A stretch of 64,000 nt of DNA from contig JBDRBF010000002.1 of the NCBI GenBank assembly GCA_043822925.1, positions 14,562-78,561 of the forward strand. Reading direction: 5' to 3'. The translations under genes and the position numbers were made by a program. Below are positions 9,501 to 19,008 of the stretch, one piece after another; positions within the stretch are counted from its first letter, which is position 1; the number at the start of each line of letters is the position of its first letter. The stretch comes from a bacterium. Its GTDB lineage: Bacteria > Babelota > Babeliae > Babelales > RVW-14. The notes under the pieces were generated by a model. That model did no database searches and was not told the DNA's origin. It saw only the letters and a program-made list of their open reading frames with translations.

Positions 9501-9666
9501 AGAGGCCACGGTTTTGCCCCGCGGCCTCTTTGTGTTTGTGTTGCTAATTTATCTTGATTTGTCATCCCAGACTTCGCGCTCACCCTGAGCTTGTCGAAGG
9601 GGCTGGGATCTAGGTCAATTGTTCTAGAACTTGACCAACGCGCCTGCATGCATATCAGATTCGCGA
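9501..9666. repeat. Right copy of the ~105-bp direct duplication, interrupted by a palindromic element
   Basis: Same sequence as 8561-8669, but with 9561-9623 inserted between CTTGATTT and CTAGAAC. Includes the hairpin AGAGGCCACGG...CCGCGGCCTCT, which is the likely terminator of the porin gene. Confidence 0.8.
9561..9610 (+). repeat. Palindromic element with a nested GCTCACCCTGAGCTTGTCGAAG module
   Basis: GTCATCCCAGACTTCGCGCTCACCCTGAGCTTGTCGAAGGGGCTGGGATC, 14 nt after the porin stop codon. Confidence 0.8.
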
Positions 9667-11570
9667 GGCATATTTTGTCCTGCGAATGTGTATGTACCGC
9701 CGACATAGAGGTTCATGTATTTATTTGCTTTCCAGTTGCTTTCAAAGAACACTCTGTGTGCAACAGCTTCTGTGTTTGCTTCTGCAAGTTTGTTGTCTAA
9801 AGGCATTTCATAGTCAACAAATTGAGAACCTTTGTTTGTTAAAGGATCTTTGTTTGTTTTCAAGATAAGTTTTCCAGCTGCATCTGCCCATGCTTTGCCT
9901 AAAGCATGATTTGTTGCGAAAGATTTCTTGAAGTTAATTGTTTCTTCCGTCTTGTAGTAAATTTGATACCCGATTGTTGTTGCAAGGTCTTCAGTCTTTG
10001 GATGATAGAATGTTGCATCTATCTTACCAATGAAGTAACCCCAATCAACATCTGCATCAACTGATGGACCAAAGTTTTTGATTTTTGATCCTTTGAATAC
10101 TGCAAGGCGATGTTCTGTATCTTCAAGTACGAAAGAGTAAGAAGCTTCTGCTTTAAGATTCATCCAATCAAAAGCTGCCCAGCCAATGTTACCACCAAGT
10201 TTAATTTCAAAGTGGTTGCTGTTGCCAAGTTGTTGAGTAAATGGATTGTTGAACATTTTGTCTGAGCCGCCTGTAGGCAAGCGTAGGCCAGCAAAAACTT
10301 CGCCGCGCCAGTTGTTATTGAATGTATGTTCGTAGAATGCATCAAGATCGATATCGCCAAGGCCTGTGCGTTGATTTGTTGCCATAACGAAGCCAGCGTT
10401 ATCTTTCATGAATTCTTCAACGTTGTATCTGTAAACGTTTAAGAGATCATCGACGATTTTAATATCACCGTCTTTTGTAGGTCTTGTGTCAGAACCTAAG
10501 TGAACAGATGAAAGCCATAATTCATTGAAGTTTGGATCTTCATTTATTTTTGTATAGTTATGGGCAGCATCGTTGAGAAACACATAACCTTGATTTTGTT
10601 CTAGGCTTTCAAAACCAGATGTAGGCAACGCTTTAAGTGCTCCATAAGGGGCTTTCCAGAGATCAGTTCCACATGCTACAATACCAGCTTGTGCTTCCCA
10701 TTGTGTAGAATCAGTAACTGGGTTTGGTTTTACCGTGACGCCTGTTGGGGCTCCAAATGGAGGGAGTTTTCCAGGTTCTCCTTTTATGACGACCCAACTA
10801 ATTAAGTTTCCTGTTTCTGCGTTAAGATTATCTCCGGAAAATTGGAAATCGTGTATTCCTGATCCTTTTACAGCGACGGTTCCATCTGCTAAATAAAGAA
10901 GCGGAACTATTTGACCCTGGTCATTAAGGTATAAAGTATTGTCGAGCAATTGGAGTTTGTAGCGTGAGATGTTCTCAAATGCTTTAGGGCTTTGATGAGT
11001 AGGAGGAGCGACGACAGGATTACCGTCTGTGGCAACCATGCGCGTTGCATCGCCCTTGATAATGGCGTTTTGTAGGCCAAGCGCTGCATCTTCGCCGTTA
11101 TCATCTCTTTCCATACGAACTGTTTTGAATGGTACAGTTGCTCTTAATCCAACACGGCCCTTGTTATGCCACACAGGATATTCAAAACGGCCACCAAGTG
11201 TTGCGCCATATTCAGTGTAGCTGACACGTGGTGCGATTTTTGTTGTAGCTAAATATGGAGATCTGTTTTCTGTGAAATACTTTATTGGATTTGCATCTTC
11301 AAAAGCTTCTGCGAGTGTGAATTCTGATTTGCCAAAAATTAAAGATGTCAGGGGGTGTGTGTCTGTGCCGTGTTTTAAGAACGCTTTGTTTGCTGTGCGG
11401 TAATGGCCGGTAGAAAACATATCAAAAGTGCATTTGTTTTTTTTCTTGTACAAGTCATAACGGAGCGGTCCGTCTTTTGAGATGAAAGGAGCTCTTGTTT
11501 CACTCGCCATTGCTGCAGAAGATACAGCAAGTACGGTAAAGAGCGTTGTGCTTAAAATTTTTCTTATCAT
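9624..11570 (-). CDS. Putative outer-membrane beta-barrel (porin-like) protein
   Basis: Signal peptide MIRKILSTTLFTVLAVSSAAMA, alternating beta-strand composition, C-terminal ...GALVKF aromatic terminus. Confidence 0.6.
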   Translation of the reverse strand: MIRKILSTTLFTVLAVSSAAMASETRAPFISKDGPLRYDLYKKKNKCTFDMFSTGHYRTANKAFLKHGTDTHPLTSLIFGKSEFTLAEAFEDANPIKYFTENRSPYLATTKIAPRVSYTEYGATLGGRFEYPVWHNKGRVGLRATVPFKTVRMERDDNGEDAALGLQNAIIKGDATRMVATDGNPVVAPPTHQSPKAFENISRYKLQLLDNTLYLNDQGQIVPLLYLADGTVAVKGSGIHDFQFSGDNLNAETGNLISWVVIKGEPGKLPPFGAPTGVTVKPNPVTDSTQWEAQAGIVACGTDLWKAPYGALKALPTSGFESLEQNQGYVFLNDAAHNYTKINEDPNFNELWLSSVHLGSDTRPTKDGDIKIVDDLLNVYRYNVEEFMKDNAGFVMATNQRTGLGDIDLDAFYEHTFNNNWRGEVFAGLRLPTGGSDKMFNNPFTQQLGNSNHFEIKLGGNIGWAAFDWMNLKAEASYSFVLEDTEHRLAVFKGSKIKNFGPSVDADVDWGYFIGKIDATFYHPKTEDLATTIGYQIYYKTEETINFKKSFATNHALGKAWADAAGKLILKTNKDPLTNKGSQFVDYEMPLDNKLAEANTEAVAHRVFFESNWKANKYMNLYVGGTYTFAGQNMPRESDMHAGALVKF

Positions 11571-11691
11571 TCTCTTACCTCTCTTGAATTTGAGTTAGGT
11601 AAACTCTTGTTATGTACGTGTGTTATTTTTTCACGGGGGCTTTAGGTGAGGGCGTAGCTTAAAACTACGCCCTTATAGTTGTTGCGTTTAG

Positions 11692-14600
11692 TTATGCTAC
11701 TTCCATTGTACCAAATGCTGATGGGTCAATATCCAAGTCACTACGTGCAATGGCAGTTCCAACATTAAGAGGGGTTCTGACGGAACCTTCTTTAATGACT
11801 GGGCTGTCAAGACGTCTGATGACGTTCATTGTTGCAGGATATACAAGAGCGTTAACGTCAGCATTTACAAAGCCGGCAATTACATCAAAGCCTTCTGTTC
11901 CCCAACATACTTTTTTACGTGGTTGATCTTTAATTGTTTTAAATGAAAGCAGATTAAAGAATTGATCAAGAGTTGAGTATGTGAAGACTTTTCCACCATA
12001 GTATGCGCCATTATATATGTAGTTTGTTGCGGTGCTCAAGTCTGCAGCTATTGCTCTGTCAATAATAAGTGCTGCTGATGGAAGTATTGAGTAAGCTTCA
12101 CCGTTGGCGAGTGCGCCAGCGTAATCCCAAACATTGGCATTATAAATTGTGCCAAGGGTTGGAACTTTCATGATGTTACCACCACCACGAACTGTCGTGT
12201 ATAGTGGGCCGTTTACTTTAACGACGTAGTTGTCTGTGCCGTTACGTGATGAAGGTCCAACTGCCATTAAAGAACCGTTAGCGCTTGAACCATCTGCAAT
12301 GTTGTTGTGTTCAAATTGGCCACTCTTAAGATCAAGCGTTATTTGACCAACGTTATAAAGTGCTTGGATTGTCCAAGGGCTCTTAGCTGCTGTTACTGGA
12401 GCATCTACTCCGGTGAACATTGGCAAGCCATCTTCACCAAGAACTGCTTTACCATCTGCATCAACTACTGGGTTACCAGAAACGTTTACTGTGCCGGCTG
12501 CTGTTGCTGCGCCGTTGATCTTGTTGAACTTGTCGATAACTCCTGCGCCAAGGCCAAAAAAGCCAAGACGGTCGATGTGGAACTTGCTGTTGATATCGCC
12601 AAGGATAAGGCTGAAGTTAACTGCAGCATCTGTGATTTCTACTGGGTTACCAACTTGGAATGCACCGCCAGATACTGTAGGTGTACCGATGTTAAATGCT
12701 GATTCACGTTGTAAGCTGATGGTAACATCTGTTATTGGTGTTTGTGTATCAGACTGTACGCCAACAAGTACGTTGCCATTAACCATAATTTGGGCATCTT
12801 TGTTTGTCCAAATTTGGCCTTTACCAACGATCTTGATACGTTCTACGTCTGCTTTGGCTGCTGTCTCGAAAGCTTGAGTTACTGTTTGAGCTTCGCTGCC
12901 TTCTTGGAATATTAATTCAGATTCGTCATTGAAGTAAAGAACGACGCCGCCAACTACGCTTGATGCAGCTGGGAATCTGATTGTTGCGCCTGCTTCAATA
13001 ACAAGGCTGACCTTGCCACCGAATGCAATTTCTTGTCTGTTTGTTGCTTGACCAAAGCTTGATAAATCAAGTTCGCCGCCTGCTGGGATAACGATTTTGT
13101 GTGGCATATCTGAGCGGAACGTGATTCTGTTTGCTTTTGTATCAGCGCTGAACATTGTTGAACAGACAATAGCGTTCTTATCTGCGATTATTATATCAGA
13201 ATTCAAGTCTATGGTTCCATCACCAAGCGGAACTATTTGGACATGGTCTTGACCCAAGATTGTCCAAGAGTTACCACCTGAGTGTGAGTCCCAATCACGG
13301 CTACCAAGGCCAATACGTCCGCCGTATTCAAGGAACAATACTGCGTTATCGCCTTCACCAACAAAGTGATCAGTTGGCATATCGACTTGTCTGGATGCTG
13401 AAGTAAATTCACGTACGTGTCCTGGTGCTGGTAATATTTCATCGCCTGAAATATCAAGTTGGAACTTGTTGGATTGTGTTGCACCAGCAACGCGCATTTG
13501 CGCAATATCATCACCGGAACCGATGTACAGAAGTGATGTTGGTTTTGCGATAGGAGCTGTTATGTTTTGGGTGGCACGTGTTGTTGGGAATGAGAAGCGA
13601 CGGTCACCTGGAGCAAATTCTCTGTTGTCGCCTGCTCTGTTGAACCAATTAATAACAACTTCTTCTGCGCCTGTTTGATCAAACTTAGCGGTCAGACCTG
13701 TGCGAGTATCGTTATTATTAAAGCTTAAGCGTACATAACCATCTGTTTCATCAGATCTGTAAGCTAACATTTCTGGTGTGAAGCCGTATGGTTGTACTGC
13801 TGCATTGACCAAGAATTTAACTTGATCTGTTGGAAGGTCTACGCGGCCAGAGTATTCTACAACTCTATTTGTTCCATCGTAGTTGTAGTCGTTCCATGCT
13901 TTTTGAGCGATTATGGTTTCAACGATTGCTGTGTTTGTATCCGTGATGGTTATTTTTCCACCATGGTTAACGTACACTTTACCGCTTTCATCCATGCGTT
14001 CAATTGGCGTTGCTGTGCAGTTACCATTTCTGTCAAATCCACTAAAGACCATGTATTTGCCATCAATGATTAAGCGTGCTTGTTTTACCCCTGCAACAGC
14101 GTCAAGGTCAAAGCGGTTTGCTGCATCTTCGCTTAAAACTTCTTTGATTAACTTGTCGCCATAAAGTGTATTTTCGTATGGATAGCCTTCAGCACTGTCT
14201 CCTGAAGTTGTTGGCCAGCCGATTGCGATGTTTGCTGCACCTTTTTCCATGGTGGACATCAAGATGAGGTGATGTGCGCGTTGGGCTGCGTACTCTTCGT
14301 CTGTAAAGCCATTAGTTGGAAATTGGTTGCCATTTTGTAATGACACGTCAATTACGCTGGCGGTAATGCCTACAGCTGGGATGAAGCCATGTTTTCTGAA
14401 GATATTAAGATATGAACCTTCAGTTACCCAGTTTGTTGAATTATCAGCCATCATGTTTTTGTATGAACCAAACATGAGTGCGCGACCAAAGCCCTTGAAG
14501 TCTGTGTCGTTAGTGTTGCCATGGTCAAAGAATTTAATAACTGATTGGTTACCTGGACTTACTTCAGGCGTAACAGCAACAGCTCCGGTGATGTCGCGAA

Positions 14601-17256
14601 CGACAAAACGGATACCGGAGGTGTTAAGTGATTCTTGAAGTTGAAGCATAGATGTATAAAGTCTTACTTCTGGGAAGCGGTAACGGTCTGGATCTACTCC
14701 ATCATAGGTGATACGTTTATCTGCAAAGTACATGCGTTCGCCACCAAGCATTGCTGGATATGAGCTTGCTGGAACTCCGTCGATCATTTTTGTTACGTCG
14801 CTATGGACAATGTTCGTATCATAGAACGATGCATGGTTGTTAAAGAACATTGCAGGCGAGTTGTAACGCATGTATGAGTATTCTGGTAGAGCTGAAATTG
14901 TAAGTGGACGGGTTGCTACTTCATTGCCCATATAATCGAGCAAGATAGTTGGCATGTTTACAATACCAGCTTTATCAACTATTGAATCTGTTGCATAAGA
15001 ACGAGGGGCAAGTGTTGTTGGATCAATAATTGTTGTGTTTGATACTGATGTTACATCCAAGAGTCCTTCAACTTCAACAACATGTTGTCCGTCTTGGGTT
15101 GTATGGTCGCCGTCTTTTAGGCGGTATCCATCAAAGTTTGTGTCATCAACCATAAGACCTAATTGATAATCAAAATCTGGATCATCAATTGGGTTCATAG
15201 GATAGATAAGTTCACCTGGAATTTCTCCATCAGGATATGGTATATAGTCTTTCCAGAAGTTGTAGATGTAGCCATATGTTGATGAACCGGAGCAACGGAA
15301 GAGAGCTGTACCGTTGCCGCGCAGTGCTACTTGGGCATGACGATTAAGCAATGCAGGGTTTGCTGCGGTAAAAGAACTAAGTGATAATGATGGGTCAATA
15401 CGATCAAACAGATTTGCATCAAGACCGTCAACAACAAAAGCTGCTGGGTTCTTTTTCATGATTGTTGCAAGTGATGTTAATTCTGGAAGATCTGCAGTTT
15501 CGTTAAAGTCGTTTTGAGCCAAAAGATCGGTACGGTTTATGCTGCCGGCGACATAATCAAAGAAGGTATTGTGGTAAATATCAAGTTTACCGTTTACGCC
15601 GAGAACAAATCCGTTACGAACGATTGTTTGATAGTTTGCTGGATTTGAATAACACCAGTTGTAACCGTAGAGTTCTGAAGGTTCTCTACCTGTAGAGCGT
15701 TTTTGCGCAATTGTTTCTTCGCCTGGGGTTGTATTGAAATAATCCAAATAAGGGTCTGAAGCACGTTTGGTTACTGATTGTGCATCGTTAATAACCAAGA
15801 GACCGCGTCTTGTTGTTGGGTCTACGACGTAAGGCTTTGTTGTAGTATTATTGTATGTAACATCGTCGACTGTACGTAAGAAAGCTTGTCCACCAGCTGG
15901 ATATGAATAATCAAGTGATTCGCGAATTTCTGCTGGGGTATAACCTGCAACATAGTGACCTTGAACAATGACTGCTCCATCGTTAAATGGGAAACGTGCG
16001 GTCATTTGTTCGTATTCTGCGTCATCTATGGTGTAGCCGTCTTGGAAGCCAAGAAGATATGCACCAAGAATAAAGAGAACCATGCGACCGGAACCGGTAT
16101 TTGAAGGATCAAATGCCAAAGACGCAAAGTTGTTTAAATCTGGAACAAATTCAGGGTCTTCTGTTTTTGGAAGGTGCTTGATACCGGTATCGTCATTTGA
16201 TACATAGGTGATTATTGAGTTGTTACCAACGACAACGATGTTTCTTTGGTCTGTGCCTGTTGCATGTTGGAAGACAACTTTGTTAATACCGTTGGTTACG
16301 TCAGCTTCTGTTTGTTCCATGGTTATGAAGACTTTTGTACCGGCCATAGAGTTACCTACGCCTGTAAATGAGTCTCCATCTGTCATGTCAACATAGCTTG
16401 TTCCATCGATCTCGCCTAAGAATTTGATTGCGACGCCGCTTGCCATTTTGAAAATTGTTTGACCTTTACCTGCGAAGGTTAAGATCATATCAATTGCTGG
16501 CAGTGGAGCTCTTGAAGGATTAAGAATTTTTGTTCCATGTATAGTTTTGCTACGTGTTGTTAAGCCTGGGTTGATGCCAGAGAACTCAAGTGAGTTATTA
16601 ACGTTGACGGTAATATTTTTACCTTCTGCAACGTTAAAGTGAACTTGAGCATGTCCCCAGCCGTCTAAATCTGGATTTGCTGGATATGGATTTACATAAG
16701 GCATGATGTACGTTGTTGGATTGTCAATATCGGCCACGACGTTAATCGTCATATTTGCGTCTATTGCTTCCAGCGTTACATCACCATCAATCTTGAGGGG
16801 GCAAGATATTGTATGGCCATCACCATCAAGTACAGGTGTACTTTCTTCGTCATGGTCAGGATACAAAACACCGTAAATGTTTAACGTGTTGTCTATAGTA
16901 GTAGCTGCAAATTCTGTGTTAGATTCAATGATGACTTTTTTACCACGTTTTGCAGATGTTTTAGGTTTTGCTTTGGTGAAGATTGCTTTACTGTCGTTTA
17001 ATGTTTTTGAAACGACGTTAAAGCTTGAGGCTATATTGATTTTTGAATAGTCTCTTAAAACACCTTCTGTGGTGTTATAGATATAGTCGCTTTGTGCATA
17101 GGTAGCAATGTCGCTCGATGTGTTGGCATAATCTATGCCGTCTACTGTTGTGACTTCTGATCCAACGGGCTTCCATTCAAATGCTTGTGCGTTGAATGAA
17201 GCAAGCCCGAAGACTGCTGCCAAAAGAAGCAGTTTTCTGAACTGTTTTGATATCAT
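11692..17256 (-). CDS. Giant hypothetical protein with signal peptide (1,854 codons)
   Basis: Uninterrupted ORF. ATG 17256 is preceded by AGGGGAG and gives the signal peptide MISKQFRKLLLLAAVFGLASFNAQA. The track start at 17340 is TTG and would bury the signal peptide. Confidence 0.7.
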   Translation of the reverse strand: MISKQFRKLLLLAAVFGLASFNAQAFEWKPVGSEVTTVDGIDYANTSSDIATYAQSDYIYNTTEGVLRDYSKINIASSFNVVSKTLNDSKAIFTKAKPKTSAKRGKKVIIESNTEFAATTIDNTLNIYGVLYPDHDEESTPVLDGDGHTISCPLKIDGDVTLEAIDANMTINVVADIDNPTTYIMPYVNPYPANPDLDGWGHAQVHFNVAEGKNITVNVNNSLEFSGINPGLTTRSKTIHGTKILNPSRAPLPAIDMILTFAGKGQTIFKMASGVAIKFLGEIDGTSYVDMTDGDSFTGVGNSMAGTKVFITMEQTEADVTNGINKVVFQHATGTDQRNIVVVGNNSIITYVSNDDTGIKHLPKTEDPEFVPDLNNFASLAFDPSNTGSGRMVLFILGAYLLGFQDGYTIDDAEYEQMTARFPFNDGAVIVQGHYVAGYTPAEIRESLDYSYPAGGQAFLRTVDDVTYNNTTTKPYVVDPTTRRGLLVINDAQSVTKRASDPYLDYFNTTPGEETIAQKRSTGREPSELYGYNWCYSNPANYQTIVRNGFVLGVNGKLDIYHNTFFDYVAGSINRTDLLAQNDFNETADLPELTSLATIMKKNPAAFVVDGLDANLFDRIDPSLSLSSFTAANPALLNRHAQVALRGNGTALFRCSGSSTYGYIYNFWKDYIPYPDGEIPGELIYPMNPIDDPDFDYQLGLMVDDTNFDGYRLKDGDHTTQDGQHVVEVEGLLDVTSVSNTTIIDPTTLAPRSYATDSIVDKAGIVNMPTILLDYMGNEVATRPLTISALPEYSYMRYNSPAMFFNNHASFYDTNIVHSDVTKMIDGVPASSYPAMLGGERMYFADKRITYDGVDPDRYRFPEVRLYTSMLQLQESLNTSGIRFVVRDITGAVAVTPEVSPGNQSVIKFFDHGNTNDTDFKGFGRALMFGSYKNMMADNSTNWVTEGSYLNIFRKHGFIPAVGITASVIDVSLQNGNQFPTNGFTDEEYAAQRAHHLILMSTMEKGAANIAIGWPTTSGDSAEGYPYENTLYGDKLIKEVLSEDAANRFDLDAVAGVKQARLIIDGKYMVFSGFDRNGNCTATPIERMDESGKVYVNHGGKITITDTNTAIVETIIAQKAWNDYNYDGTNRVVEYSGRVDLPTDQVKFLVNAAVQPYGFTPEMLAYRSDETDGYVRLSFNNNDTRTGLTAKFDQTGAEEVVINWFNRAGDNREFAPGDRRFSFPTTRATQNITAPIAKPTSLLYIGSGDDIAQMRVAGATQSNKFQLDISGDEILPAPGHVREFTSASRQVDMPTDHFVGEGDNAVLFLEYGGRIGLGSRDWDSHSGGNSWTILGQDHVQIVPLGDGTIDLNSDIIIADKNAIVCSTMFSADTKANRITFRSDMPHKIVIPAGGELDLSSFGQATNRQEIAFGGKVSLVIEAGATIRFPAASSVVGGVVLYFNDESELIFQEGSEAQTVTQAFETAAKADVERIKIVGKGQIWTNKDAQIMVNGNVLVGVQSDTQTPITDVTISLQRESAFNIGTPTVSGGAFQVGNPVEITDAAVNFSLILGDINSKFHIDRLGFFGLGAGVIDKFNKINGAATAAGTVNVSGNPVVDADGKAVLGEDGLPMFTGVDAPVTAAKSPWTIQALYNVGQITLDLKSGQFEHNNIADGSSANGSLMAVGPSSRNGTDNYVVKVNGPLYTTVRGGGNIMKVPTLGTIYNANVWDYAGALANGEAYSILPSAALIIDRAIAADLSTATNYIYNGAYYGGKVFTYSTLDQFFNLLSFKTIKDQPRKKVCWGTEGFDVIAGFVNADVNALVYPATMNVIRRLDSPVIKEGSVRTPLNVGTAIARSDLDIDPSAFGTMEVA

Positions 17257-17791
17257 AGCTTCTCCCCTTTCAGGATAAAACTGAGTCCACCATACAATAT
17301 GGTTCGTTTTTGTTAGCACTTTGGTTAATTTCTCGACCAACGGCCTCCTTTCTTAGATTACGAAAAATTTTTTAATTTTTTTTTCGTTGGATTTGATTAA
17401 ATAATTAATACGTACAGATCAAATTTTTTTGTGGTTTTTTGTGGCTTGAAGACGTTTAAGATACTTTCCATGGAAAACTCTCCTTTTTTTGGTTGGTTTT
17501 CTCGGTCTTTACTCTCTTTTGCGTTTATTTTCTTTGTCCGCCTAAGCTTTAGGCTCGGCTGGGAGCTCATCGCAGGATTTTTTCTAGATTCTATATATCA
17601 TGTTTAACATGTCCATTTGTTGTTTAAATGTCAAGATCAAACTTACAGCCTGTAATGACCAGCAAAATCCAGATCTTTTTTTAGACAAACTTTATAAAAC
17701 ATCTAAACTTTTTAGAATAAAGATACTTGGACAGGGTAGAATTTTCATCAATCAAAAGTAAAGAGTTTTTTTTAACCAACGAAAAGATTAT

Positions 17792-19006
17792 ATGAAAAAG
17801 AGCATTATTCCTTTTTTTTCACTTGAACGTCATATTCAAAAAATTGAAAAGCCATGTCTTGATGTGGTTGCTGAAATTTTCCGTAAGCAAAGTTTTATTG
17901 GCGGAAAATTCGTAGAAGAATTTGAAGCTAAATTGGGTGAGTATCTTGGGCTTGATGCGCAAAACGTTGTTGCTTGTAATTCTGGAACCGATGGTTTGTG
18001 GCTTGCGCTTAAAGCGTTGGGCTGCAAAAAAGATTCTCTTGTTTTGACGACTGCGTTTTCTTTTATTGCATCAGCAAGTGAAATTGCATCACACGGTGGG
18101 CATCCAGTATTTATCGATATAGATCCAACAACATATAATATAGATCCAAAAAAAATACGGAGCTGGTTGCAAGAAAATGCAATACTTAAAAACGGCAAAG
18201 CTGTGCATAAAGTAACTGGGTTACCTGTTGAAGGCATAATTGTTGTTGATTTATATGGTCAATGTGCAAACTATGACGAGATTGTTGAAATTGCAAACGA
18301 ATGGCATTTGTGGATTATAGAAGATGCGTGCCAAGCAATTGGAGCACAACTTAATGGTAAACAAGCCGGAACATTTGGACACATTGGTGTTTATTCGTTC
18401 TATCCAACAAAAAATCTTGGTGCATTTGGTGATGGTGGCTGTGTAGTCAGTAGAGATGCTGAGCTTGCTGCTACTGTTCGTCAGCTTAAAAATCATGGTC
18501 GAAAGAGCCATTATAATTATGAAAGCCTGGGAATTAATAGCCGTCTTGATGCAATGCAGGCTGCGTTTTTAACTATTAAGCTTGGTGATCTTGATACTAT
18601 AAATCAAGCGCGTCATGATATTGCACAAAAATATGAACAAGCATTTTCAAAGTTTACAGGTGTAATTACTCCAAAAGAAATTACCGGCAAGCATGTGTAT
18701 CATCAATATTGTGTAACGTTTGCTGATAATCAAACCAGACAAGCTTTTATAGCGCATTTAGATAATTATGGTATTGGTTATAATTTTTATTACCCACAAG
18801 CACTTACTGAAATAGACTTTTTAAATACACACAAAGATTTAGTAAATGCATGTCCGGTATCTGCACATTTACCAAAAACTATTTTGGCGTTGCCTATTTG
18901 GCCAGAATTAAATGAACAAGAAATTACTTATATTTGCTCAGCGATTACACAATTTGAACAAACAATTACACCAGCAGCTACAAAAGTATCCCAATTAGGG
19001 GCATAA
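17792..19006 (+). CDS. DegT/DnrJ/EryC1/StrS-family sugar aminotransferase
   Basis: PLP-lysine context SFYPTKNLGAFGDGG; 404 aa. Confidence 0.85.
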   Translation: MKKSIIPFFSLERHIQKIEKPCLDVVAEIFRKQSFIGGKFVEEFEAKLGEYLGLDAQNVVACNSGTDGLWLALKALGCKKDSLVLTTAFSFIASASEIASHGGHPVFIDIDPTTYNIDPKKIRSWLQENAILKNGKAVHKVTGLPVEGIIVVDLYGQCANYDEIVEIANEWHLWIIEDACQAIGAQLNGKQAGTFGHIGVYSFYPTKNLGAFGDGGCVVSRDAELAATVRQLKNHGRKSHYNYESLGINSRLDAMQAAFLTIKLGDLDTINQARHDIAQKYEQAFSKFTGVITPKEITGKHVYHQYCVTFADNQTRQAFIAHLDNYGIGYNFYYPQALTEIDFLNTHKDLVNACPVSAHLPKTILALPIWPELNEQEITYICSAITQFEQTITPAATKVSQLGA

Positions 19007-19008
19007 AA

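Noticed and set aside
11649-11673. Terminator between the giant gene and the porin gene
   Set aside because: The 9-bp stem-loop has no U-rich tail on the transcribed strand. I treat it as an intra-operon structure, not as a terminator feature.
12307-16396. Several 60-154-aa plus-strand ORFs inside the giant gene
   Set aside because: They are antisense to an uninterrupted 5.5-kb ORF. Their composition is Cys/Ser/Pro-rich, as expected of antisense frames, and they lack ribosome-binding sites.
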